64,000 nt of DNA from Longimicrobiales bacterium. GTDB taxonomy: Bacteria; Gemmatimonadota; Gemmatimonadetes; Longimicrobiales; Gaopeijiaceae. The stretch lies in assembly GCA_965238005.1 (NCBI GenBank), contig OZ250165.1:1248001-1312000 (forward strand), in the 5' to 3' direction. The notes below the pieces were generated by a model, which did not search any database, was not told where the DNA came from, and worked only from the letters and a program-made list of their open reading frames with translations. Positions 1 through 9,551 of this stretch are shown here, piece after piece (the stretch's first letter is position 1; each line of letters opens with the position of its first letter). Position numbers and translations under genes: made by a program.

Positions 1-96
1 ATCTCCCAGTCGCTTGCAAACACGATACTGGCAGCGATTCCGAACCGGATCGCGTACCTCGACGGTCAGTCATTCGACATGTATCCCATCGAGTAG
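1..96 (+). CDS. 3' end of an unidentified CDS entering from the window edge
   Basis: Frame 1 is open from base 1 to TAG at 94-96 (ISQSLANTILAAIPNRIAYLDGQSFDMYPIE*); too short to assign. Confidence 0.3.
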   Translation: MSQSLANTILAAIPNRIAYLDGQSFDMYPIE

Positions 97-267
97 CCCC
101 AGACTCTTTCTTGCGCATGTGGGCCCGAGGACATCAAAGCACAACCGCAAGGTCGCCTCAAGGTCTTGAAGCCTGAATTGGACCCGCGGACCCGGCTGCG
201 TACCAATCAAGAGCAGCGCTGGACGGCCAAGGCGACCGCTAGAGCGGCGTCACCGCGAGTTGTTCGC

Positions 268-1440
268 TCAGCCGCGCCGGCCGTGCCATGCGGAAAGGAG
301 TTCTCTCTCCCGGTCCCGACTCATCCCCGCCCGACGGTTTTCCCGCTCCTCGGCGGGGCGGGTCTTATCCCATTCCAGCGTATCGTGCGCGGTGACGGCG
401 AGCGGTCGGAAGACCAGTCCGGCAGCCACGGCACGCTCCACACTCACATACATCAAGGCGTCACCCGGGCTCCAGGACGGCACGTCACCCCAGGGACGCA
501 CCCCCTGCTTCTCCAAGAATGCCTCGGAAACCCAGGTGAACTTGACCGCAGCGGAGGTGACGGCGCGGATCCCGTAGAGCATCTCCGCCATCGACATACG
601 GGTGGTGGGACCGGTGGTGTTGAAGTCGCCGGTGGTTCCCCTCTCCGCCAGGCGGACGATCCATTCGGTTAGGTCGCGCTGGTCGATGATCTGGTTGGCG
701 TGGTTCCGATTGCCCGGAGCCAAGACTTCTCCTCCCTCGTCGATCCGCACGGGCCAGTAAGTGAATCGGTCGGTCGGGTCGCCGGGTCCTACGATGAGGC
801 CGGGGCGGACTACGGTGGTCCGGTCGGGGAAGGCGGCATGGGCAACGTTCTCACCTAGGGCCTTCGTGAGACCGTAGGGCGCTGCGTCACCGTCATTCCA
901 ATCCGGTGGGGGAGGGGGACTGAATCTTTCCGAATCCTCGTCGATGATCGGCTCCCGGAGAACCCGGTCCTTGAATCCGTAACCCATGCTCTCCGTTACG
1001 TAAGCCGAGATGGAGGAGACGAAGATGTAATGCTCCGCCGAGTCCTTCAGCATCTCGGTGCTGAGCTCGACCCAGCGGTAGTCACTTGAGTTATTGTCCA
1101 AAACAACGTCCCAGGTTCGTCCCTCGAGAGCGCTGAGGTCGTTGTTTCGGTCTCCGATGAGGCGCTCCACATCGGGGATGTCTGCCTGACTGCGGCCGCG
1201 GGTGAAGATGGTCACCTCATGGCCCCGGTCCACCGCGTAGCGAACCATGTTCGGTCCGATGAAACCAGTGCCGCCCAGAATCAAGAGCTTCTTGGAGGCC
1301 TGGCGGTCGTTCCCACGGGCACGGGTACTCGAGTCGGACCGCCGCTGTCCTTGGGAAGGTGTAACGCCACCTGGCCCCAGGGCCAGTCCTGCGCCAACGA
1401 GGCCGGCCATGCGGAAGAAGTGTCTTCGGGTCGGGGTCAT
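268..1440 (-). CDS. NAD-dependent epimerase/dehydratase family (extended SDR) with Tat-like signal peptide
   Basis: GGTGFIG Rossmann motif, YGLTK YxxxK motif, N-terminus MTPTRRHFFRMAGLVGAGLAL; start set at ATG 1440. Confidence 0.85.
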   Translation of the reverse strand: MTPTRRHFFRMAGLVGAGLALGPGGVTPSQGQRRSDSSTRARGNDRQASKKLLILGGTGFIGPNMVRYAVDRGHEVTIFTRGRSQADIPDVERLIGDRNNDLSALEGRTWDVVLDNNSSDYRWVELSTEMLKDSAEHYIFVSSISAYVTESMGYGFKDRVLREPIIDEDSERFSPPPPPDWNDGDAAPYGLTKALGENVAHAAFPDRTTVVRPGLIVGPGDPTDRFTYWPVRIDEGGEVLAPGNRNHANQIIDQRDLTEWIVRLAERGTTGDFNTTGPTTRMSMAEMLYGIRAVTSAAVKFTWVSEAFLEKQGVRPWGDVPSWSPGDALMYVSVERAVAAGLVFRPLAVTAHDTLEWDKTRPAEERENRRAGMSRDRERELLSAWHGRRG

Positions 1441-1551
1441 GATGGTACATCCGGGCTCGTGGGATGTTTGCTTTCCGTGCACGTCAACGTAGCTGTCGCC
1501 ATTGGCTGCACAACGGACGAGCTTCGAGCTTCGGGCGGGCACACTGATCGC

Positions 1552-3986
1552 CTACCCCTCTCGTAGGGCGATCACCGGCATGACCCGAGCCGCTCTGTTC
1601 GCCGGAATGATCAGCGCCAACAAGCTCACGGCGATGAGCAACGCCGGAACGCCGACGAACGTGAGCGGATCCATAGCACTGACGTTGTAGAGGAAGCTCG
1701 CCAACGCCTGCCCCAGGAGGGCCGCGAGGCCCAGCCCCACCACGATCCCCACCGCCAGGGGCCACACCCCCTGTGCGAGAATGAGCCGCACGATCCGGCC
1801 TCCGTCGGCGCCGAGCGCCATGCGGATACCCACCTCCGCGGTGCGCCTGCCGACCGAGAATGCCGTCACGGCGTAGAGGCCGATCGACGCCAGGAGTAGG
1901 GCGACCACGCCGAACACGGTGAACATCCCGCCGATGATGACCATGTCCAAGGACGCTTGCCGGATGCGTTGATCCATGGTGGCGACCCGGTTTACCGAGA
2001 TATCGGAGTCGAGGCGCGCGACCACGTCGCGGAGGGGAGTGGCGGCGACCAGCGGGTCGCCCGCCGTCTTGAGCATCACCGAGATCCCTGCCACCGGAGC
2101 CTGGCCGATGGGTATGAACATGTTCTCGGGAGGCTCGGCGAGGAAGTTCAAGGGCTCGGTCATAGCGATGGTCCGTACGACCCCCACGATCGTGTGCCAC
2201 GGGTTTTCGGAATCCGAGCGGCCGAGCCGAACCGAACCTGCTTGCCGAGAGCATCCTCTCCAGGCCAGTTGCGCTCAACGAAGCGCTGGTCCACGACGAT
2301 GACCCGTTTGCCTCCGAGTACGTCCGTCTCTGTGAAGCCGCGACCGGCCACGATCGGGGCGCCGAGGATACCGAAGAATCCCGGCGTCACGCGGGTGTAC
2401 CCGCCGAAGCGGTACTCGCTGTCGTCGGCGTAGTCGTGGTCCAGGACCCCGTAGAAGTACAGCGACGATCCCAGCACCGGCAGGTTCGACGTGATGACCA
2501 CATCGTCGGCCCCGGGCAGCGACTCCAGCTCCGTCCGCAACCTGTCGATGACATCGCGTCGAACAGTCGAGTCGGCATTGGTCGCCGCCGGCAACAAGAG
2601 CCGGGCCGTCAGAATACCATCGCGCTCCAGCCCGAAGTCGTCGTTCGCCACCTCGAGCGTACTGCGGATCATCAGTCCCGCCCCCACCAGCAGCGCGCAC
2701 GAGAGTGCCACCTCGAGGACTACCAGTGCGGCCGATACTTTGCTCCCACTGCGCCCGGAGCTGCCGCGCGACTGATCCTGCAGGATCGTATGCACGTCGC
2801 CCCGGGTCGCCTGGAGGGCGGGCAGGATGCCGGACACCAGCGCGGCGAAGAACGTCACGCCGATCACGAAGACAACCACGGCCGGGCTCACCTCGAACGT
2901 CATCCACGGAGGCGGGGTCAGGGGAGCCACGATCCTGGTGAAGAGGTCGAGCGAGAACTTGGTCAGCACGAGACCCACGGCGGCTCCTCCCGCAGCCAGA
3001 AGCAACGTCTCGCTCAACAGCTGCCGTAGGACCCTGAAACGCGCAGCGCCCAGCGCCGTGCGAACGGCGAGCTCCTTGCCGCGCGCGGCGGTAAGTGCGA
3101 AGAGCAGGTTGGCCACATTGGCACAGGCTATCAGCAGGACGCCCACCACGCCGACGAACATCGTGTACAGAATGCCCTTCGTCTCGTCGTCCACGAACCC
3201 GGCATCTATCCACGATTCCGTCACGGGGACGATGTCCTCGTTGGACTCGGGGAACTGCCGCTCGAGCCTGTTTGCGATGGCGGTCAGTTGGGCATGCGCC
3301 GCGGCCTGAGTGTTACCCTCGGTGAGCCGGCCGAGAACCTGGAGGCCGGGCCCTTCACCCCGCTCGAGCGTGGCCATATCCACGCCAAGGGGTAGCCACA
3401 TGTCGCCCAACTCGGGAAAGCGGAACCCCTCGGGCATGACGCCCACGACCGTCGTGGGCTTCGCGTTCACACGGATGGACCTGCCCACGATGCCGGGATC
3501 GCCGCCGTAACGGTTCTCCCAGACGTGGTGGCCGAGGATCACGACGTCCTGATCGGGGAACAGATCCTGATCGGGCGTGAACGGACGGCCCATCAAGGGC
3601 TGCGTCCCGAGCAGGGCTAAGGTGCTCGCCGTCATGCGGACGCCGCGGTAGGTCTCCGCTCGGACGTCGTCCCCTGAGAGGTTCACCGACCGTCCGTAAT
3701 AGGCCGCCATCTCCTTGAAGACCGTCTGCTGCTCACGCCAGTCGAGGTAGTCGTGGATGCGGACCGCTTGGTTGAACTCGCTCAGCGGAATGGTCGTCTG
3801 GAGATAGACGATCTCGTCCACGTCCGCGTAGTCGGGCCCGGTGAGCACCACGCCATTGATGATGGCGTACATGCTGGCGGTCAAACTGATGCCGAGCGCC
3901 ATCACGATGATCGCCACGCTCGTCACGCCCAGGCGCTTCCGGAGAAGACGGAGGGCATATCCGAAGTCCTGGAACAGCATGTTCAT
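1552..3986 (-). pseudogene. ABC-type (MacB/FtsX, ADOP-like duplicated orphan) permease, frameshifted
   Basis: MLFQDFGYALRLL, LLIACANVANL, ELAVRTALGA and EVGIRMALGA motifs split over ORFs 2160-4175 and 1552-2187; a 5-bp tandem duplication (CCGAA x2, 2227-2236) explains the shift. Confidence 0.85.
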
Positions 3987-4245
3987 GGGGGTGCCTGGGC
4001 CGAGGGTCAGGGATCCCCTTTCCGGGGACGAACGAGTGACACCAGGCCCTACGGGTGGTTGGTCTGTGGGGTTTCGGGGGGCATCCGGCCTAGTCGGGAT
4101 AAGGTGTGGGGCAGGACCAGACCGGTCAACATGAGGTCTCACGCCTGGTTCAAGCGGGCGCTCGCTTCGGCTCATCTCTTAACGCTCACTTCCATTTTCC
4201 ACGTCTGTGTCATTGAGGACGGATAGCACATCGAGAAATAGGAGA

Positions 4246-5493
4246 TCAAGAAAATGACAACGGTCGGGCCGGGGCAGGGAGAAGGCCGCGCGCAATCGTG
4301 CCAGAGCTGACGAGCAAAAGGGCGATGATCCAAAACGTGGCGCGGAAGCCCAGCCAATCTGTCAGTAGGCCCGCCAGCAATGCGCCGACCACGTAGCCAA
4401 GGTCACGCCACAACCGGTACCGGCCAACAGCGCTCGCACGGGATTCGGGGCTTACCAAGTCGCCCACCTGCGCTATGAGGGTCGGGTACACAGCAGCCGT
4501 GCCGACGCCCAGGATCACGCCCGCAGCGGCCCACTGCGCAAACCCGTGGAGACTCGCGAAGCCGACCAGGCCAAGCGCCTGAAGCAGTAGCCCGCCGACG
4601 ATCAGCGAGCGGCGTCCGAATCGGTCTGAGAGCGGGCCGGTGCCGAGCTGCACCACGCCCCAAACCGCGGGGTACATCGCGGTCAGCCAGCCGATTTGCC
4701 GCAAATCGAGCCCCTGTGACGCGAAGTAGATTGGTAAGAGTCCCCACGCCACACCCTCCTTGAGGTTATTGACGAGTCCCGCCTGGTTCGCCGCCCACAG
4801 GGGCAGGCGAGCCCAGCGGTTGTGGCGGAACCGCACTCGATCGGAAGGAAGATCTGTGGCGTTCGAGGGCCCGGCGGCCACCAACGTGCGCTCCAGCTCT
4901 ACGTGTGCCTCGGTATCCCGCGCCCCGCCCAGGGTCACCCCGAACCCGAGCACGGCGGCCCCCAGCGCAATAAGATAGGGGGCGGGGCGCGGACCGTAGG
5001 CGGCCGCGAGGTATCCCGCGCCCAACGCCGCGCTCGCGACGGCCAGATATCCGGCGCATTCGTTCAACCCTATCACGAGGCCGCGCCGTCTTGGCCCCAC
5101 GAGATCCATCTTCATGATCTGCGTCGCAGACCATGCGAGGCCCTGGTTGATTCCGAGAAGTAGGTTGGCGAACCCGATCCAGCTCCACGTTGGAGCCCAC
5201 ATGAGCAGGAGGGGGACCGGAATACCGAAACCCCACGCGACCAAGAGAATGCGTCGCCGTCCGATGCGACTGGCAAGGTCGCCGGCAATGAAATTCGCGA
5301 CCGCCTTGGCGAAGCCAAACGCGACCAGAAAGCTGATCGTGACCGTCGCCGAAACAATGCCAAACTCTGACGTGGCAAGCAGCGGAAGGACCGAGCGCTC
5401 GACTCCAACTACCGCGCCGATGAAAACAACAATGAGCAGAAGCAGTGCGACTTGCGATCCATTTGCGCGCACCCCCAGCTGGACACTTGCCAT
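4246..5493 (-). CDS. MFS transporter
   Basis: 415 aa hydrophobic protein; MFS motif A variants GDLASRIGRRR and GPLSDRFGRR. Confidence 0.9.
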   Translation of the reverse strand: MASVQLGVRANGSQVALLLLIVVFIGAVVGVERSVLPLLATSEFGIVSATVTISFLVAFGFAKAVANFIAGDLASRIGRRRILLVAWGFGIPVPLLLMWAPTWSWIGFANLLLGINQGLAWSATQIMKMDLVGPRRRGLVIGLNECAGYLAVASAALGAGYLAAAYGPRPAPYLIALGAAVLGFGVTLGGARDTEAHVELERTLVAAGPSNATDLPSDRVRFRHNRWARLPLWAANQAGLVNNLKEGVAWGLLPIYFASQGLDLRQIGWLTAMYPAVWGVVQLGTGPLSDRFGRRSLIVGGLLLQALGLVGFASLHGFAQWAAAGVILGVGTAAVYPTLIAQVGDLVSPESRASAVGRYRLWRDLGYVVGALLAGLLTDWLGFRATFWIIALLLVSSGTIARGLLPAPARPLSFS

Positions 5494-6253
5494 GCACCGT
5501 CTCCTTGTCTAGCAACTCCGAACCCAGCGGCGAAGCGGTCCTCAAGCCGGACACAGCGGAGTGGGCCAGCGAAGCACTTCCGCGGTTGCCAAGCGGGTGG
5601 AATATTTGCCTATTCGATGGTCGGTTCGGGCGAGCAAGGTCGCTGGCTGGTGCCGTTCTTGGCCAGACCGAAGCGGCCGGGAAGCGAGCTCACAGCCATC
5701 CCCATAGACGAGCGGCCAGCCCATCTTCGGAGTGGCCGCTTCACTGCCGACCCTGTCCCGTCCCCCTGTCACATTCGGGGCTCCTCATTCGTTTCCATGC
5801 TCGATGAGAGTTCCTAGCCAGACTGAAGGTATGGAGTACCCAATGAAATCGAGAGTTTTTGTACTTATTACGGTGGTGGAGCTTGTGCTTGCGGTGGTGA
5901 CTGCGGTGCTGGCGGGATGCGGCGACGACCCCACGTTTCCCAGCGAACTCCAGGGCGGAGTACTCGCGACGTTCCAGGTCGAGGCGGAGCAGTTCAAGCT
6001 CTGGGTGACCAACGAGAGCACGATCCAGCAGATCCTGGATCTGCAAGCGGGCACCAGCACCGCGTCGATTCCGAACGGGCCACTCTTGGAAGGGGCTGGA
6101 CCGGCCGCATACAACAGCCCCTACTCCTGGCACCTCGACGCGGTCGAAACCGAGATGGCCGACGCCACCATCGAGCTCTGCAGCGGGCTCCCGAGTGGAG
6201 TTGACCCGCTTTGGTGGACACCTCAGTAGTGAGGGAGACAGGAGGAGTCCACG

Positions 6254-6568
6254 ATGCCAAGAACACATGCGCCGTACCCGCCGGAGTTTCGGCGGCAGAT
6301 GGTCGAGTTGGTCAGGTCGGGCCGCTCCGTGGAGGAGCTGGCCCGGGAGTTCGAGCCCTCAAACGGGGCGATACGGAACTGGGTCAAACAAGCTGACTTG
6401 GATGAAGGCCGTCGCAGTGACGGGCTGACGACGGAGGAGCGTGGGGAACTCAGGCAGCTTCGGCGTGACAACAAGCGTCTGCGCATGGAGCAGGAGATTC
6501 TAAAAAAAGCCGCCGCCTGGTTTGCTCGGGAGAGCAACTCGATCCCGGAACGGGGTTCGAGTTCATGA
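6254..6568 (+). CDS. IS3 transposase OrfA (HTH)
   Basis: YPPEFRRQMVELV...EQEILKKAAAWFA; A7G slippery site at 6502-6509 for -1 frameshift into OrfB. Confidence 0.95.
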   Translation: MPRTHAPYPPEFRRQMVELVRSGRSVEELAREFEPSNGAIRNWVKQADLDEGRRSDGLTTEERGELRQLRRDNKRLRMEQEILKKAAAWFARESNSIPERGSSS

Positions 6569-7416
6569 AGACGAATCAGGCCGACTTCCCTGTGCGGGCG
6601 ATGTGCCGTGTGCTGGATCTCTCCCCCAGCGGCTACTACGCCTGGTTGGATCGCGAGCCTTCGGCTCGGGCGAAGCGAGATGAGGAGCTCACAGAGCGGA
6701 TCGAGACGGTCTGGCGCGAGAACCGAAGGGTCTATGGCCGGCCCCGCATCTACGCGGACCTCAAGGAAGCTGGCGAGCGGGTCGGTGAGAAGCGGGTGGG
6801 CCGGCTCATGAAGCAGGCCGAGATTGTGGGAGCTAGCCGGAGGCGGCGCGGCCCGAAGACGACCAGGCGCAACGAGGACGCCCGTCCCGCGCCGGATCTC
6901 ATCGAGCGGGACTTCAGCGCAGACGGGCCAGACCAGTTGTGGGTGGCCGACATCACCTACATCCCGACCTGGGCGGGGTTCTTGTACCTCGCGGTTGTGC
7001 TCGACGTCTGGAGCAGGCGGGTGGTCGGGTGGTCGATGGCTACGCACCTGCGCACCGAGCTCGTCCTGGACGCGCTGAACATGGCGACCTGGCAGCGCCG
7101 GCCCGAATGCGTCATCCATCACAGTGATCAGGGAACCCAGTACACCTCGATCGCCTTCGGCCTACGCTGCAACGATGTCGGTGTGCGGCCCTCGATGGGC
7201 TCCGTGGGCGACGCCTACGACAACGCGATGTGCGAGAGCTTCTTCGCGACGCTCGAGTGCGAGCTACTCGACCGGCAGCGCTTCCGGACCCAGGCCGAGG
7301 CGAAGATGGCCGTGTTCGACTTCATCGAGGGCTTCTACAACCCCCGGAGGCGACACTCGGCACTGGGTCAGCTGTCGCCCATCAACTTCGAGCGTCGCCA
7401 CGGAGCGGCAGCATGA
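6565..7416 (+). CDS. IS3 transposase OrfB (DDE/rve)
   Basis: WVADITY, HHSDQGTQY, DNAMCESFF and YNPRRRHS motifs. Confidence 0.95.
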   Translation: MKTNQADFPVRAMCRVLDLSPSGYYAWLDREPSARAKRDEELTERIETVWRENRRVYGRPRIYADLKEAGERVGEKRVGRLMKQAEIVGASRRRRGPKTTRRNEDARPAPDLIERDFSADGPDQLWVADITYIPTWAGFLYLAVVLDVWSRRVVGWSMATHLRTELVLDALNMATWQRRPECVIHHSDQGTQYTSIAFGLRCNDVGVRPSMGSVGDAYDNAMCESFFATLECELLDRQRFRTQAEAKMAVFDFIEGFYNPRRRHSALGQLSPINFERRHGAAA

Positions 7417-7949
7417 GAAACCTGCGTGGCCAAGTTGCCCTTTACTCCCCCGCTGCGCGGGGGAAGCTTTCCTCTCCCCAGCGAGGGGGACAGACTATAA
7501 ACCTCAGTGTTCACCCGTCCACTGAAACGGGACAGCTCCAGAGTTTCGTTGAGGAGAACCTGGATTCGTGGCTGGACGAAGTCGGACAGTACTGCCCCTG
7601 GTCGGCACAGTTGCTCAGCGTGGAGGACTACCGCTGACCGAAGCAGGACACTTTCGTTGTGGGTCTCGGGAACCATTAGGATCGCCGATGTATACCCCGT
7701 AGGGTAAAATGCACGAGCGCTCAAAAAAGTTCTTTACCGGATGACGCCGGATCGGTCCGGGATGATCCCCTACTTACCCTACCCGCGGCGGTGGAGGCGA
7801 CAGCCGGTGGTGCTGAGCTGCGACATCGACAGCGACCGGATGCTGATCACTCCGTTTTACACACCTTTTGAACTTACTTCGTGAATATCGAGGCCCGGAT
7901 CTTCGGAGGATCAAAATGAAACAGGATAAGAAACGAATGCGGATCCTAG

Positions 7950-9551
7950 GAGTCTGCGCCGCAGAAGCACAGCTGACTGAGCCGAATGGTCATCGAGCCG
8001 TCCGCGGCGAGGCGGATCCGGGTGATTGGGAGGTTGAGGACTTGTGTCTGCGACGGATCGGGAGAGCGGAATGGATGCGTTGGGGGGGGCAAGAGAGCTA
8101 CGAGAGCCCTCGCGCCGGCAGATGCGGGTGAACCCTCGTGCAGTCATGCCGCCTGAAGGGTGTGCAGCCGCTTCACATTGAGTGCCAGGCACACGAGGGT
8201 CCACTCGGCCCGGACCTTCTCGAGGCCCCGGTAGCTGAATCGTCGAAAGCCCATCACTTCCTTGATCCAGCCGATGGGCGCCTCGGCCTGCGACTTTCGC
8301 CGTGCGTAGCGTCTGCGGCCATCTTCGCTCGCCAGCTTCTCCGCCATGCGGACTTTCGCCGGATATTCCTCCTTGTCAACCGTGGGGGCGGCCTTGCCCT
8401 CCCGGGCCAGCGCCACATACCCGTCGATGTCTCGCTCTTCCAGTTCCTCGAGATCCCGCTCGTTGCAATAGCCCGTGTCCGCCAGCACCTGCGCCGGCGT
8501 CTCGCCGTACGCTTGCGCCACCGCGTCGACCATGGGCACCAGCTGGCCCTGGTCGCTCGCGTTGTCCGTCACCTCGGCCCCGACCACCAGCTGGTTCTCC
8601 CCCTCCACGACCGTCTGTGCGTTGTAGCACTGCTGGAACCCCTCCGAACTCGTCTTCATGATCCGGCTCTCAGGGTCCGTGAAGTTGCTCTGCGCCGCCT
8701 CGTCCGGCTCTCCGTACTCCCGCTTGTAGGGCCTGCCGCCCTTCGGGTTGCGCGTCTGCCCCGGCTTGCGGCCCCGTGCGTCGTCCGCCGCTCTCTGCTC
8801 GGCTTCCAGGCGCGCCTTCGCCTCCCGGATCGCCGCCAGCCGGTCCTCGCGCCGCTTGAGCTCCTCCGGCACCTCGTCTCCGCATGCTTCCTCGCCGTAG
8901 CGCTCGTCTTCCGCTTCGTCCACCGCCTCGGCCCTCTCCAACAGCCCCCGGATCTCCGCCTCCAGCCGAGGCTCCCCGGTCACCATCCGGCCGTAGCTCA
9001 TCGCCTTGCGCTTGTTCGCGTTCGCCCGAACCTTCGTCCCGTCCACCGACACCCTGCCAAGCCCCGCCAGCCCCAAGGCCCGCGCGAGCATCACCACCTC
9101 CACAAACACCGCCCGGAAATCCCCGAGATGGCGCTTGCGGAACTCGCACAGCGTCCGGTGCTTCGGGAAGTTCTCCGCCGCCAGCATCCGAAACGCGACA
9201 TCCTCCTCCAGCTTCCTCGCCATCTTCCGCGACGAGAAGGTGCCCGTCGCATACGCGTAGATCAGCACCTTGACCATCATCCGAGGGTCGTACGGCGAGT
9301 TGCGCCGCCCGTCCCCCCGGTACCGCCCGTAGAACGCGCTCAGCTCCACCGCGTCCACCAGGTCGCTCACATGGTGCGCCAAATGACCCTCCGACACCCA
9401 CTCCCGAAGATCCGGAGGCAGCAACAACATCTGCTCCGGATCGTACGGTCGAAATGTCGTTCCCATTCACCCCCCTCGGTGATCCGCAAGCCTTCCCAAT
9501 GCCTTCGCTACCACCAAAGATAGCCGCCGCAGGGTTCTGCGGCGCAGACTC
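7950..9551 (-). mobile_element. IS1182-family insertion sequence
   Basis: Perfect IRs GAGTCTGCGCCGCAGAA / TTCTGCGGCGCAGACTC, flanked by duplicated CTAG (7946-7949, 9552-9555). Confidence 0.95.
8144..9466 (-). CDS. IS1182-family DDE transposase
   Basis: YDPRMMVKVLIYAY, SVDGTKVRANA, NFTDPESRIMK, ADTGY and FRRFSYRGLEKV motifs. Confidence 0.95.
   Translation of the reverse strand: MGTTFRPYDPEQMLLLPPDLREWVSEGHLAHHVSDLVDAVELSAFYGRYRGDGRRNSPYDPRMMVKVLIYAYATGTFSSRKMARKLEEDVAFRMLAAENFPKHRTLCEFRKRHLGDFRAVFVEVVMLARALGLAGLGRVSVDGTKVRANANKRKAMSYGRMVTGEPRLEAEIRGLLERAEAVDEAEDERYGEEACGDEVPEELKRREDRLAAIREAKARLEAEQRAADDARGRKPGQTRNPKGGRPYKREYGEPDEAAQSNFTDPESRIMKTSSEGFQQCYNAQTVVEGENQLVVGAEVTDNASDQGQLVPMVDAVAQAYGETPAQVLADTGYCNERDLEELEERDIDGYVALAREGKAAPTVDKEEYPAKVRMAEKLASEDGRRRYARRKSQAEAPIGWIKEVMGFRRFSYRGLEKVRAEWTLVCLALNVKRLHTLQAA

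Larger units (their letters stand above)
6196..7540 (+). mobile_element. IS3-family insertion sequence, copy 1 (1345 bp)
   Basis: TG...CA ends; imperfect IRs TGGAGTTGACCCGCTTTGGTGGAC / TGGAGCTGTCCCGTTTCAGTGGAC; 3-bp target duplication GAG (6193-6195, 7541-7543). Confidence 0.97.
5843..7637 (+). pseudogene. Small lipoprotein (BP74-related) interrupted by IS3
   Basis: LAGC lipobox; removing the IS and one GAG restores ...WHLD...IELCSGLPS|FVEENLDSWLDEVGQYCPWSAQLLSVEDYR*. Confidence 0.8.

Noticed and set aside
7855..7880. Possible IS256-like terminal repeat remnant (reverse strand GAAGTAAGTTCAAAAGGTGTGTAAAA)
   Set aside because: No partner repeat or recognisable transposase; resemblance only
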